Source: an uncultured Chloroflexia bacterium (GTDB lineage Bacteria > Chloroflexota > Dehalococcoidia > DSTF01 > JALHUB01). Taken from it: a DNA stretch of 64,000 nt. The notes under the pieces are model-generated. The model made no database searches. It was given only the letters and a program-made list of their open reading frames with translations, and was not told the origin of the DNA. This document shows positions 19,767 to 29,573 of this stretch, piece by piece (position 1 is the first letter of the stretch; the number at the start of each line of letters is the position of its first letter). The position numbers and the translations under genes are program-made. Location: positions 8,424 through 72,423 of the forward strand of contig CAVXOY010000001.1 of the NCBI GenBank assembly GCA_963763495.1, written 5' to 3'.

Positions 19767-19844
19767 CGGGGTGTAGCTCAGCCAGGTTAGAGCGCTTGGT
19801 TTGGGACCAAGAGGCCGACAGTTCGAATCTGTCCACCCCGACCA
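19767..19844 (+). tRNA. tRNA-Pro (anticodon TGG), CCA encoded
   Basis: Hand-folded cloverleaf: acceptor CGGGGTG/CACCCCG, anticodon stem CTTGG/CCAAG with loop TTTGGGA, T-arm GACAG-TTCGAAT-CTGTC. TATAAT lies at 19741-19746. Confidence 0.92.
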
Positions 19845-19892
19845 TACTCTCCCCAACAGACAACCGTCAGAGCAAGTCCCGGAGGTGACGAC

Positions 19893-20555
19893 ATGAACCT
19901 CAGTCAGGAAGAACGACGAGCCAAGATAAAGCTCAACAAGCCCTTCGCCAAGCCCGTCGAGAAGCTGCGGAGCGACGCGCTCAGCCGCGACGACTACGAC
20001 CCGGCACAGCTCTTCGCCTGGGGCCAGATGATGGCGGTCTCGGTCCTGGAGATGCTGAAGGCGGTGGAGGCCCGCTTCGGGCGCGAGGGCCAGGAGGTGT
20101 GCACGGAGGCGCTCGCCCGCGTGGGGGAGCGGCTGGCGCAGGAGGGACTGGCGGGGGTCGAGATGCCGGAGGGAATGTCCGATGTCGAGGCGATCTCGCT
20201 GTTCGCCACCTGGATCAACGAGCAGTTGTACGCCTCTGTCGAGAAGCCGAGCATCGACAGCGCGGATGCCGCTTCCTTCGACATCCTCTGGTGCCCGCAT
20301 CAGGACGTGTACGGGCCCTTCGACTGCCGGGTGCAGCGCTATTTGGTCGAGGGGATGATGCGCGGCGCTTCCGAGAAGCTGACGGGCGGCGGGTTCGAGA
20401 CGTTCAACGTCCGCTGCGACAGCACGATGCCGGCGGGGGCGCCGACCTGCCACTTCAGCATCTGGCGGACGCGAGAAGGCGAGGATAACGCCTGGACGGC
20501 CTACTCACGGCAGTTGGAGGATAAGGCGCTGGGCGGGCCGGCTACTGCTCCTTGA
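19893..20555 (+). CDS. Hypothetical protein, possibly L-2-amino-thiazoline-4-carboxylate-hydrolase-like
   Basis: 220-aa ORF with GGAGGTG upstream and conserved Cys (WCPHQ, DCRV, TCHF). The family assignment is tentative and from memory. Confidence 0.45.
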   Translation: MNLSQEERRAKIKLNKPFAKPVEKLRSDALSRDDYDPAQLFAWGQMMAVSVLEMLKAVEARFGREGQEVCTEALARVGERLAQEGLAGVEMPEGMSDVEAISLFATWINEQLYASVEKPSIDSADAASFDILWCPHQDVYGPFDCRVQRYLVEGMMRGASEKLTGGGFETFNVRCDSTMPAGAPTCHFSIWRTREGEDNAWTAYSRQLEDKALGGPATAP

Positions 20556-21296
20556 TGTCGATGCCGAGCATCTTGTCGCCCTTGACGAGCTGACGCACGA
20601 CATCCATCCCCGCTGTCACCTTGCCGAAGGGCCAGAAGTCGCCGGTCTCGAACTGGTGAGACGGCTGGAGGACGATGAAGAACTGGCTGCCATTCGCCAT
20701 TTCCTCCCCTGGGTTAGCAAGACCGCCCAGCGTTCCCTCTTCGAAGGGGTGCGAGTTCGGCTCTTTGGCGATCTCGTAGCCGGGGCCGCCGGTGCCCAGG
20801 TTCGTCGGATCACCGGTCTGGACGGAGAAGTCGGGCTGGACGTAGTGGAACGGCAGGTCGTCGTAGAAGCCGTCTTTGGCCAGGAAGACGAAGTTGTTGA
20901 CGGTGTTGGGAGCGTCCTTGGCGAAGAGCTCGACCTGGATGTCGCCCTTGTCGGTCCGTATGGTCGCGGTGTAGGTCTTAGCAGTGTCGATGGTCATCGG
21001 CGGCGCGGCGGCGTACTGCTTGACCTGCGGGGCAGGCGTCTCGGTAACACTGGGGGTGGCAAGCTCCGTCGCAGGGGTGTCGGCGTCACACGCACGGTGT
21101 TGCCACGCGTCGCACAGACAGCCAGACCACCGGTGAGCACGCTGCCACACATAATCAAGGCGCCGACAATGTAGAACAGCCTGACGTTGCTGAATATGCC
21201 GAAGGGGCCGTGCCTGGCCGCGGGCCCTGACCAGTCGGCTACACCGCGCGGGCTTTTCCTCCCCTTGGTCTTCCTGGGATGTTTGCTCTTGGGCAT
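20542..21296 (-). CDS. Membrane-anchored cyclophilin-type peptidyl-prolyl isomerase, apparent -1 frameshift
   Basis: ORF 20994..21296 has a basic N-terminus MPKSKHPRKTKGRK plus a TM helix. ORF 20542..21150 is the cyclophilin domain (FHYV, GTGGPGY, NGSQFFI). The frames join near 21086-21095. Confidence 0.8.
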
Positions 21297-21450
21297 CGAT
21301 TCTTCCTATCTGCGGAGAAGTCTATGTCTAATGCTCGTCACATGCTCGTCGAGAGCGCAGTCAGTATAGCAAAACGCTTCCCGGTTCGGCAAAAGCGCGC
21401 GGGCTATAGCAAGCCCCCGCTCATCGCGAGGGCCTGCCGATCCTTCTGAG

Positions 21451-21526
21451 TGGTACCCCCGGCGGGACTCGAACCCACGCATCCGGCTCCGGAGGCCGGC
21501 GCTCTATCCGACTGAGCTACGGGGGC
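21451..21526 (-). tRNA. tRNA-Arg (anticodon CCG), CCA encoded
   Basis: The reverse complement is GCCCCCGTAGCTCAGTCGGATAGAGCGCCGGCCTCCGGAGCCGGATGCGTGGGTTCGAGTCCCGCCGGGGGTACCA. It folds as a cloverleaf with anticodon loop CTCCGGA. Confidence 0.92.
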
Positions 21527-21609
21527 CCGCTTGTCATCTTAACCGCTGCTCGGCGGCAGGGCAAGGGTTTGGGCGCAGGCGTAACTCTCCAGGAGAAGCA
21601 CCCGGCGCA

Positions 21610-22320
21610 TCAGTGGCAGGTTCTCTGATACGATCTGTCGGGCGGGCTTGCCATCTCTTCAGCCAGCGCTTTCGCGTACACACTCGCAATCACAGCATGG
21701 CCAGCGTCCCCCGGGTGAAAACCGTCACCATGATAAGGCTCGAGGAAGGCATAGTCCTGAGGGGTCGAAATAAGCTCCGTACGTAACTTTGTTGCGGACC
21801 ATAGGTCAGCCACTGCTACGTCCCGCTTGGCTGCCTCTTGAGAAATGATCTGACTGAACTCCTCCGCCCGGGAGTAGACGGGGTTATCAGGCGCCCAGCC
21901 GAGCCAGGGCACGGTTCCCGCCACAACGATGGTCCCGTCGCCAACAACGCAGTCGAGAATGTCTGCGTAGCCCTGCCGGAATACATCCGGCGTTATTCGC
22001 TCGTCTACTGCAGCGTGGACACCGAACTCTATGAAGACAAAGCTACGGTCTTTCTTCATAGCGCGGGCTGCTACCGCCAGGCTCCGTGCCGGATCAACAG
22101 AAATGAATTCCCCTGTCTTTTCATGCACTCCCCGCCTGTCAAGATCTTGTGTGAGCAGAGAAACGAAGGTATTGGACCGGTTCGAAGCCGCCATCCCGAG
22201 GGTGATGCTATCGCCCAAGAAGACGGTGCCTGCGTCGTCATATAGTATCTCCTTCGCCATCAAGAAAAGTGCCAGGAGCACTAAGGTAACTAGGAGCAGC
22301 GAGGCGGTCCTTTTTTTCAA
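21610..22320 (-). CDS. SGNH/GDSL-family hydrolase with N-terminal signal/anchor
   Basis: GDSITLG block I with a hydrophobic N-terminus, and a C-terminal DGFHP block. Confidence 0.7.
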   Translation of the reverse strand: MKKRTASLLLVTLVLLALFLMAKEILYDDAGTVFLGDSITLGMAASNRSNTFVSLLTQDLDRRGVHEKTGEFISVDPARSLAVAARAMKKDRSFVFIEFGVHAAVDERITPDVFRQGYADILDCVVGDGTIVVAGTVPWLGWAPDNPVYSRAEEFSQIISQEAAKRDVAVADLWSATKLRTELISTPQDYAFLEPYHGDGFHPGDAGHAVIASVYAKALAEEMASPPDRSYQRTCH

Positions 22321-22414
22321 AGATTCCCCAATCCTTCAGGCGGCCTCGTAAGCAGACGCGCGCCTGGCTAGGAGAATACCACAAAGCAGAGCCGTACCGG
22401 TATATGACAAGCCG

Positions 22415-23701
22415 CTAGAGGAGGTAGCGCAGCCAGATGTAGAGGCTGCTCACCACCAGCGAGAGCAGGGTGACGAGGCTGCCGTAGCGGAAGAACTCCC
22501 AGAAGCGGATGCGCTGTCCGCTTCGCTCCGCCAGGTGGGCGACGAGGACGTTGGCGGAGGCGGCGACAATCGTCAGGTTCCCGCCGAGGCAGGCGCCGAG
22601 GGCGAGCGACCACCAGAGGACATCGCCCGGCCCGCCGTTGCCGCCCAGGCCGACGCCCATCTCCCGCACGACGGGTATCATCGCCGTGGTGTAGGGGATG
22701 TTGTCGACGACGCCGGAGAGGATGCCGGAGACCCAGAGGACGGTCAGCGACGCCGCGGTCGTGTTGCCGCCGGTCAGATCGCTCATCTTCTCGCCAGCGT
22801 CGCTGAGGAGGCCGACCCAATCGAGGCCGCCGACGACGACGAAGAGGCCGACGAAGAAGAACAGGGTCGACCACTCGACCTCGCGCAGGATTTCGTGCGG
22901 GTCCTGACGGCTGAGGAGAAGAAGGACGGCAGCGCCAAGAAGGGCGACGGTCGCCGGCTCGTAGTGGAGCACGCCGTGGAGAAGGAAGCCGAGGAAGGTC
23001 AGCGCCAACACGGCCGTCGAGAGCCAGAGAAGGCGGTAGTCGCTGATGTGGCCGCGCCTATCCATCGCCATGATGCGGGCTCGAACGTCGGGGTGGACGG
23101 CGAGTTGCTTGGCGAAGAGGAGGGGCGCCAGGAGCAGGTAGAGGACGAGGATGAGGACAACCACGGGCGCCAGGTTGGTGACGAAGGAGCCGAAGTCGAG
23201 GCCGGCGGCGCTGCCGACGAGGATGTTGGGTGGATCGCCGATTAGGGTGGCGGTGCCGCCGACGTTGGAGGCAAGGGCCTCGGAGATGAGGAAGGGGACG
23301 GCGCTGATCTCGAGGGCGCCGGCGATGTAGATGGTGATGGGGGCCATAAGGACGACGACGGTCACGTTGTCGAGGAAGGCAGAGAGGACGGCGGTCACGA
23401 GGGAAAGCAGAATGAGTATCCGCAAGGGGCTGCCACCGGCGAGATGGGCGGAGTGGACGGCCAGCCAGGGGAAGACGCCGGTCTTGGCCACGATGTTGAC
23501 GATGATCATCATGCCGGCGAGGAGGAAGATGACGTTGAGGTCGATGGCGGCGAAGGCCTGCCGCTGGTCGTAGCCCTCCAGCTTGACGGCGATCATCAGG
23601 GCAGCGCCGGCGAGGGCAGCGGCGGTCTTGGGGACGCGCTCGGAGATTATCGCCAGGTAGGTGAGGCCGAAGATAAGGACGGCCAGGACCTCGTCAGACA
23701 A
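22415..23701 (-). CDS. ArsB/NhaD-superfamily (CitMHS-like) ion permease
   Basis: 428-aa polytopic membrane protein. The N-terminus LIFGLTYLAIISERVPKT is typical of this permease family. Confidence 0.65.
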   Translation of the reverse strand: MSDEVLAVLIFGLTYLAIISERVPKTAAALAGAALMIAVKLEGYDQRQAFAAIDLNVIFLLAGMMIIVNIVAKTGVFPWLAVHSAHLAGGSPLRILILLSLVTAVLSAFLDNVTVVVLMAPITIYIAGALEISAVPFLISEALASNVGGTATLIGDPPNILVGSAAGLDFGSFVTNLAPVVVLILVLYLLLAPLLFAKQLAVHPDVRARIMAMDRRGHISDYRLLWLSTAVLALTFLGFLLHGVLHYEPATVALLGAAVLLLLSRQDPHEILREVEWSTLFFFVGLFVVVGGLDWVGLLSDAGEKMSDLTGGNTTAASLTVLWVSGILSGVVDNIPYTTAMIPVVREMGVGLGGNGGPGDVLWWSLALGACLGGNLTIVAASANVLVAHLAERSGQRIRFWEFFRYGSLVTLLSLVVSSLYIWLRYLL

Positions 23702-23764
23702 GGGGAGTCCTCCTCAGACCGGACAGCACGGGCGGGATGCCGACCGCCAGTTCACACGGCGGCA

Positions 23765-23773
23765 ATTATAGCA
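23765..23773 (-). promoter_or_regulatory. Extended -10 element (TGcTATAAT) upstream of the permease gene
   Basis: The reverse complement of gcaattata... reads TGCTATAAT, about 65 nt upstream of start 23701. No good -35 box. Confidence 0.35.
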
Positions 23774-23910
23774 TGTCGCGCCGGTGGTAGCGGGACGGGC
23801 AACGCTTCTGTAGACTCGCGCTGGAGCGAGACGACGCCTATGGCAGCAGTTACGGAGATAACGCGCCGTCGCTGCGTCCCAGCCATAAACGTCGAGAGCT
23901 CGTGGGAGGC

Positions 23911-25440
23911 TCAGGCGCCGCGGTGGCGGTACTGGACGGCCTCCGCCACGTGCTGCGAGCCGATCTCCTCTGACCCCGCGAGGTCGGCGATGGTGCGGGC
24001 CAGCTTCAGAGTGCGGTGAAACGCCCGCGCCGATAGGCTGAGCTGGTTCATCGCCAGACGCAGCAGCGCCTTCGCCGGCTCGGCCAGGCAGTCCTGACAG
24101 TGCGCCCGCACCTCCGTCGGCGTCATCTCGGCGTTGCAGGCGATGCGCGAGCCATCGAAGCGGGCAGTCTGACAGCGGCGCGCGGTCTCCACGCGCTGCC
24201 GCACCTTCTCCGACGACTCACCGGCGCCGTCGCCCGCCAGCTTCTCGTACTCCACGTGGGGCACCTCGACGAAGATGTCGATGCGGTCGAGCAAGGGGCC
24301 CGATATCCGCTTCTGATAACGGCTCACGGTGAAGTTGGAGCAGCTACACTCTTTCGTCGGGTCGCCGTAGAAGCCGCAGGGACAGGGGTTCATGGCGGCG
24401 ACGAGCATGAAGTTGGCGGGGAAGGTGACGCTGCCGTGGGCGCGGCTGATGGTGACGACGCGGTCTTCCATCGGCTGGCGCAGCACCTCGAGGCCCATCT
24501 GGCCGAACTCGGGCAGCTCGTCGAGGAAGAGGACGCCGCGATGGCTGAGGGTGATCTCGCCCGGCGCGAGGCCGGGGGCCGCCACCGACGAGGCCGGCGT
24601 GCGAGACGGTGTGATGGGGCGACGCGGAAGGGCCGCTGCGCGGATGAGGGGGGTGTCCGAGGGCAGGAGGCCGCTCACGCTGTAGATGCGGGTGACCTCC
24701 AGGGCCTCGCTGGATGACATGGCGGGCAGGATCGAGGGCAGGGAACGGGCAAGAAGCGTCTTGCCGCTGCCGGGCGGGCCGGTCATGAGGACGTTGTGGC
24801 CGCCGGCCGCCGCGACTTCCAGGGCGCGCTTGACGTGCTCCTGGCCTTTGATGTCGGCGAAGTCGCTGCCCTCCCAGATCGGACGGTCGGCGTCGGACTC
24901 CGCCGGGTCAGGGACGAAGGGCTCTATCGGCTCCATGCCGGAGAGATGGGCGGCAAGCTGGGCAAGGGCGGCGACGGGCATGACCGTCACGCCTTCGATA
25001 AGCGACGCCTCACGGGCATCGGCCTCGGGGACGTAGACGGTGTCGAGGCCGGCGTCTTTGGCGAGGGCGACCATCGCCAGGATGCCGCGGGAGTGGCGCA
25101 CCTGGCCGTCGAGGGAGAGCTCGCCGAGGAGGAGGGCGCTGGAGAGATCGGCGACGACCTGGCCGGAGGCGATAAGGATGCCGACGGCTATCGGCAGGTC
25201 GTAGGCGGGGCCTTCTTTGCGGATGTCGGCGGGCGCGAGGTTGACGGTGATGCGCTTCTGGGGGAACTGGAGGCCGGAGTTGCGGATGGCGGAGCGGACG
25301 CGCTCTTTCGCCTCCTGGACGGCGGTATCGGGCAGGCCGACGATGTAGAAGGCAGGGAGGCCGGAGGCGATGTCTACCTCGACCTCGACGATGGCTCCGT
25401 CCAGGCCAATGACGGCGCAGGAAAGGACTTTAGCGAGCAT
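23911..25440 (-). CDS. YifB/ComM Mg-chelatase-like ATPase, with an internally scrambled segment
   Basis: Lon-like N-domain, Walker A [19 protein letters not shown]. See the finding on three compensating shifts at ~24565, ~24623 and ~24639. Confidence 0.9.
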   Translation of the reverse strand: [509 protein letters not shown]

Positions 25441-25651
25441 GTGCCCCTAGTTATCGCATATCGAACGGGGTTAGACAAGAGGGAGTGGCAGATCTCAGCG
25501 TGAAACCCCGCCTGTCGATGGGTGAGGTGCAGACCATCCCCAAGAACGCGAAGATGGCGATGTGGAAGGCTGAAGCCTTCCGCTACACTGAAAACCCAAG
25601 AATGACGATGGGGATCGTGCTCTAGTGAGCGCCTTCGGGGCGGGCGAACGG

Positions 25652-25816
25652 CTAGTGCGGCTTACGACGGTGCGCGGCGACCAGCCCGCCTTCGGTGAGG
25701 ATCGCCATCAGCGACAGACCGAACATCGTCGCCGTCCACTTCATCTCGGCGTCTATCGCGCCGCTCCAGAGAAGACCGACGAGTATGGTCAACGTAACCA
25801 GGAATATGTTCTGCAT
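25652..25816 (-). CDS. Small membrane protein (54 aa), absent from the ORF track
   Basis: MQNIFLVTLTILVGLLWSGAIDAEMKWTATMFGLSLMAILTEGGLVAAHRRKPH*. AAGGAGA lies 6 nt upstream of the ATG, and the ORF starts 28 nt downstream of the reconstructed relA stop. Confidence 0.55.
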   Translation of the reverse strand: MQNIFLVTLTILVGLLWSGAIDAEMKWTATMFGLSLMAILTEGGLVAAHRRKPH

Positions 25817-25843
25817 GCCGTTCTCCTTTTCCGTCCCGCGTTT

Positions 25844-28034
25844 CTACGCCTTGGCCGGGCGATCGCTGCCCTGGACATGGCGGTCGACGGAGAATACGCC
25901 GCGCACGCTCTCCAGCTTGCTGAAGAGGCGCGTGAGCTGGTCGACGCCGGTGGTCAGGAGGGTGATGTAGACGCTAACAGTGCGGTCGCTGTGCTCCTGG
26001 GTGCCGCACGGCCTGCATGTTCACTTTCTCCTCGGCGACGATGTTGCCGATGTCCCGCAGAAGCCCGACGCGGTCCCACGCCTCCATGCGAATGGCTACG
26101 GGATAGAGCTCGCCGCTGCGGCCCCACTCGACATCGACAAGGCGGTCTACTTCGTCCTCGTGGATGATGTTGGGGCAATCGCGGCGGTGGACGGTGACGC
26201 CGCGGCTGCGGGTCACGTAGCCGATCACGGCGTCGCCGGGGACGGGATTGCAGCAGCGGGCGATCTGGGTCAGAAGGTCGCCGGTGCCCAAGACTTCGAT
26301 GTTGGAGGTGTAGACAGGGGCCTGGGGCGCCTCGACGGCCGGCGGCGTGAGGTCTTGCTGTTCCTTGATGAGAGGCGCCAACCGGCTCGCTATCTGGTGG
26401 AGGCTAACACCGCCGTAACCGATCGCGGCGAGGAAGTCATCCAGATCCTCATACTTGAACGACTGGACGAGCTGGTCCTGAACGTCGGCCGGGCTGAGTC
26501 CCATCCGGCGCAGCTCCTTCTGGAGAATGTCGCGGCCACGCTCCACGTTCGTCGCCCGCTCCTGGAGCTTGAACCAGGCGCGGATCTTCTCCCGCGAGTG
26601 GTTGGTCATGACGTAGCCCAGGTTCGGGTTGAGCCAGTCGCGGGAAGGGCCACGAGGGGCCTTGCTGGTCATGATCTCGACGACGTCGCCGTTTTGGAGT
26701 TCGTAGTTGAGGGCGACGAGACGGCCGTTGACGCGGGCGCCGATGCAGCGGTGGCCGACGTCGGTGTGGATGCGGTAGGCGAAGTCGACGGGCGTGGCGC
26801 CGACGGGGAGGTCTTTCATCTCGCCCTTGGGGGTGTAGACGAAGACCTGGTCGTGGAAGATGTCGGTCTTAACGATCTCCACGAAGTCGTCGGCGGCAGC
26901 GAGGTCGCGCTGCCACTCCAGGAGCTGCCGGAGCCAGGAGACCTGCTCTTCGAAACGGAGGTCGCCCTTGCCGCCTTCTTTGTAGCGCCAGTGGGCGGCC
27001 ACGCCGTACTCGGCCAGCCGGTGCATCTCCTGCGTGCGTATCTGCACCTCCAGCGCCTGCGCCCCCAGGCAGAGAACGGTGGTATGGAGAGACCGGTAGA
27101 CACCCTCGCGGGGAGTGGCGATGTAGTCGTCGAACTGGCCGGGGATAGGACGCCAGAGGTTGTGGACGACACCGAGCGCTCGATAGCAGTCGGCTTCCGT
27201 GTCGACGAGGACGCGCAGGGCCAGCAGGTCGTAGATCTCGTTGAAGGTCTTGCCCTGGGCAGAATACTTTTCCATCTTGCGGTAGATGCTGTAGAGGTGC
27301 TTGGCGCGGCCCTGAACCTCGGCCTTGATGCCGTTCTTCTCCAACTCCTTGCGGAGGATGCTTTCCACCTGAGCAACGTACTTCTCGCGGGCCGCGCGGC
27401 TGGAGGCGAGCAGGCCGGCGACGACGCGGTAGCGCTCGGGGTCCAGATAGCGGAAGGCAAGGTCTTCAAGCTCTCTGCTTATCTGCCAGATGCCGAGACG
27501 GCTGGCCAGGGGGGCGTAGATCTCCATCGTCTCCTGGGCCACGCGCTGCTGCTTCTCCGGTGAGAGGGCGTCGAGGGTGCGCATGTTGTGCAGACGGTCG
27601 GCGAGCTTGATGATGACGACACGCACGTCCTTCGCCATGGCGAGGAACATCTTGCGCAGGTTCTCGGCCTGGGCGGCCTTGTCCCGCACGCGCTCATCGG
27701 GGGCCTTCCAGGCGATCTTCTCCAGCTTGGTGGCGCCGTCGACGAGGCGGGCGACATCCTTGCCGAAGCGCTTGACCAGCTCGGCGTTGGGGATACCGCA
27801 GTCCTCTTGCACGTCGTGCACGAGCGCGGCGGCGACGGCAGTGGCGTCGAGCTGGAGGTTGGCTACGGTCCAGGCGGCATCCAGGGGGTGGGTGATGAAG
27901 GGGTCGCCGGTCTTGCGAAGCTGGTCGTGGTGGCACTCCTCAGCGAAGCGATACGCCTCCTCGATGAGGGGTATCTTGTCGTCGGGGATATATTCCCGCG
28001 TCTTTTCGAGGAGTTCGTTGATATCAGCAACCAT
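25844..28034 (-). CDS. relA: Bifunctional (p)ppGpp synthetase/hydrolase RelA/SpoT, apparent +1 frameshift in the ACT domain
   Basis: HD motif HDVQEDCG with synthetase and TGS regions. ORF 25974..28034 stops early. Skipping one base at ~26005 gives VNMQAVGTQEHSDRTVSVYITLLTTGVDQLTRLFSKLESVRGVFSVDRHV...AKA*, ending at TAG 25844-25846. Confidence 0.9.
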
Positions 28035-28204
28035 CAGATCAGCAGATTCAGCGCCAACTTGATACTAATTTAACACATCGGGCAGCATTGGTGATCGATG
28101 GTCTGAGACTCAGCGGGATAGCAGCGCTTTACAAGTCCGGCATCGCTTCGGTATGCTGAACCCGGTCTGGAAGCCCAGCATATCCCTAGAGATCGGAGTC
28201 AAGC

Positions 28205-29468
28205 TTGTTCACTGCCCCTCGCGGCACAGCCGACATCCTGCCCGCCGAACAGCCCTACTGGCAGCGCGTCTTCAAAGAGGCGGAGGAGCTGTGCCGGCTG
28301 TTCGGCTATGCGCGCATCGACACGCCCATCTTCGAGGAGGCGGCGCTGTTCGAGCGCGGCGTGGGGTCGGCGACGGATATCATCCAGAAGGAGATGTACG
28401 TCTTCGAGGACCGCAGCGGCGAGAAGATGGCACTGCGACCGGAGGGGACGGCGAACGTCTGCCGCGCTTATCTCCAGCACGGGATGCAGAACCTGCCCCA
28501 GCCGGTGCGGCTGTACTACGTGTCCCCCACCTTTCGCTACGAGCGGCCGCAGGCAGGACGTCGCCGCCAGCACATGCAACTCGGCTGCGAGGCGATCGGT
28601 GAGAGTGACGCCGCCGTCGACGGGGAGCTGATCGAGCTGGTCTGGCGGCTCTACGAGAACCTGGGGCTGAAAGACCTCGTCCTCCTCCTCAACACCATCG
28701 GCGACCACAAGTGCCGTCCCGCCTATCTGAAAGCGCTGAAGGCGTACTACAAGGGGCACGTGGACGACCTCTGCCGGGACTGTCGCGACCGCTACGAACG
28801 CAACCCGCTCCGTCTCCTCGACTGCAAGCAGGAGAGCTGCCAGCCGGTGATCGCAGCGGCGCCGAAGATGAGCGATCACCTGTGCGACGAGTGCCGCGAC
28901 CACTTCGACGCGCTCTGCCGCTACCTGGATGCACTGTCCATCCCCTACAAGATCGACCCTCACCTGGTGCGGGGGCTCGACTACTACACGCGCACGGTGT
29001 TCGAGGTGCAGCCGCGGGGCGGCGGCCAGCAGAGCACGATCGGGGCCGGCGGCAGGTACGACGGGCTGATCGAGGAGCTGGGCGGCAAGCCGACGCCCGG
29101 CATCGGCTTCGCGACGGGCATCGAGCGGATAGTGCTGAACATGAAGAAGCACAAAGCCACCGTGCCGCCGCCAACGGCGCCGGCAGGTTTACGTGGCCTA
29201 TCAGAACGCGAAGGCGCGGGCGGAGGCGGTGCGGCTGGCCAGCCGGCTGCGTCGAGAGGGGATAGCGGCGACGATGGCGATGGGAGACCGCAGTCTGAAG
29301 TCGCAGATGCGGCAGGCGAACGCAACCGGCGCGTCTTTCGTGCTCATACTGGGTGAAGAGGAGATGGCCGCCGGGACGGTGCAGGTGCGGAAGATGGCGG
29401 ACGGCAGCCAGCAGCAGATTGCGTCGGGAGTGATTGCGGGTTTCCTCCGCAGCGCTCTCAGCGGGTGA
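28205..29468 (+). CDS. hisS: Histidine--tRNA ligase, apparent +1 frameshift
   Basis: ORFs 28205..29356 and 29193..29468. Removing a G at ~29182-29183 restores PPPTAP|QVYVAYQNAKARAEAV. Class II motifs are present (FRYERPQAGR, GGGRYDGL). Confidence 0.9.
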
Positions 29469-29530
29469 TCGGCGCAGCGCCTTTAGAAGCGCCCTTGCCT
29501 GTGCTATAATCAACGCAGCTAAGAAGTCGG

Positions 29531-29550
29531 GACCCCGATGCGTCGGGGTT
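29531..29550 (+). terminator. Hairpin downstream of hisS (weak terminator candidate)
   Basis: GACCCCGA-tgcg-TCGGGGTT followed only by TTC. It overlaps the spurious upstream ATG of ORF 29538. Confidence 0.3.
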
Positions 29551-29573
29551 TCAATCTGTGTGGACGGAATAGG

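Noticed and set aside
19680-20453. A 257-aa minus-strand ORF spanning the tRNA-Pro locus.
   Set aside because: It overlaps the tRNA gene and is antisense to ORF 19893..20555, which has the better signals (GGAGGTG plus ATG). It is treated as spurious.
19767-21526. A segment bounded by tRNA-Pro and tRNA-Arg, considered as a possible integrated element.
   Set aside because: There is no integrase, no tRNA 3'-end direct repeat and no compositional shift. The content is an ordinary hypothetical gene plus a cyclophilin.
25564-25581. A perfect hairpin ggaaggc-tgaa-gccttcc between the small membrane ORF and comM.
   Set aside because: There is no U-tract on either strand and no recognisable motif. 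It may be a weak structural element, and it is not supportable as a terminator.
25980-27563. Long antisense ORFs. Examples are 25980..27563 (+), 28199..29152 (-), 11776..12666 (-), 42268..43230 (+), 60970..61893 (-), 5540..6232 (+), 22535..23245 (+) and 31666..32490 (+).
   Set aside because: Each lies opposite a gene with a clear family assignment. Their composition (runs of R, G, A, D, V, H) is typical of stop-poor antisense frames in high-G+C DNA. None has an SD or a recognisable motif.
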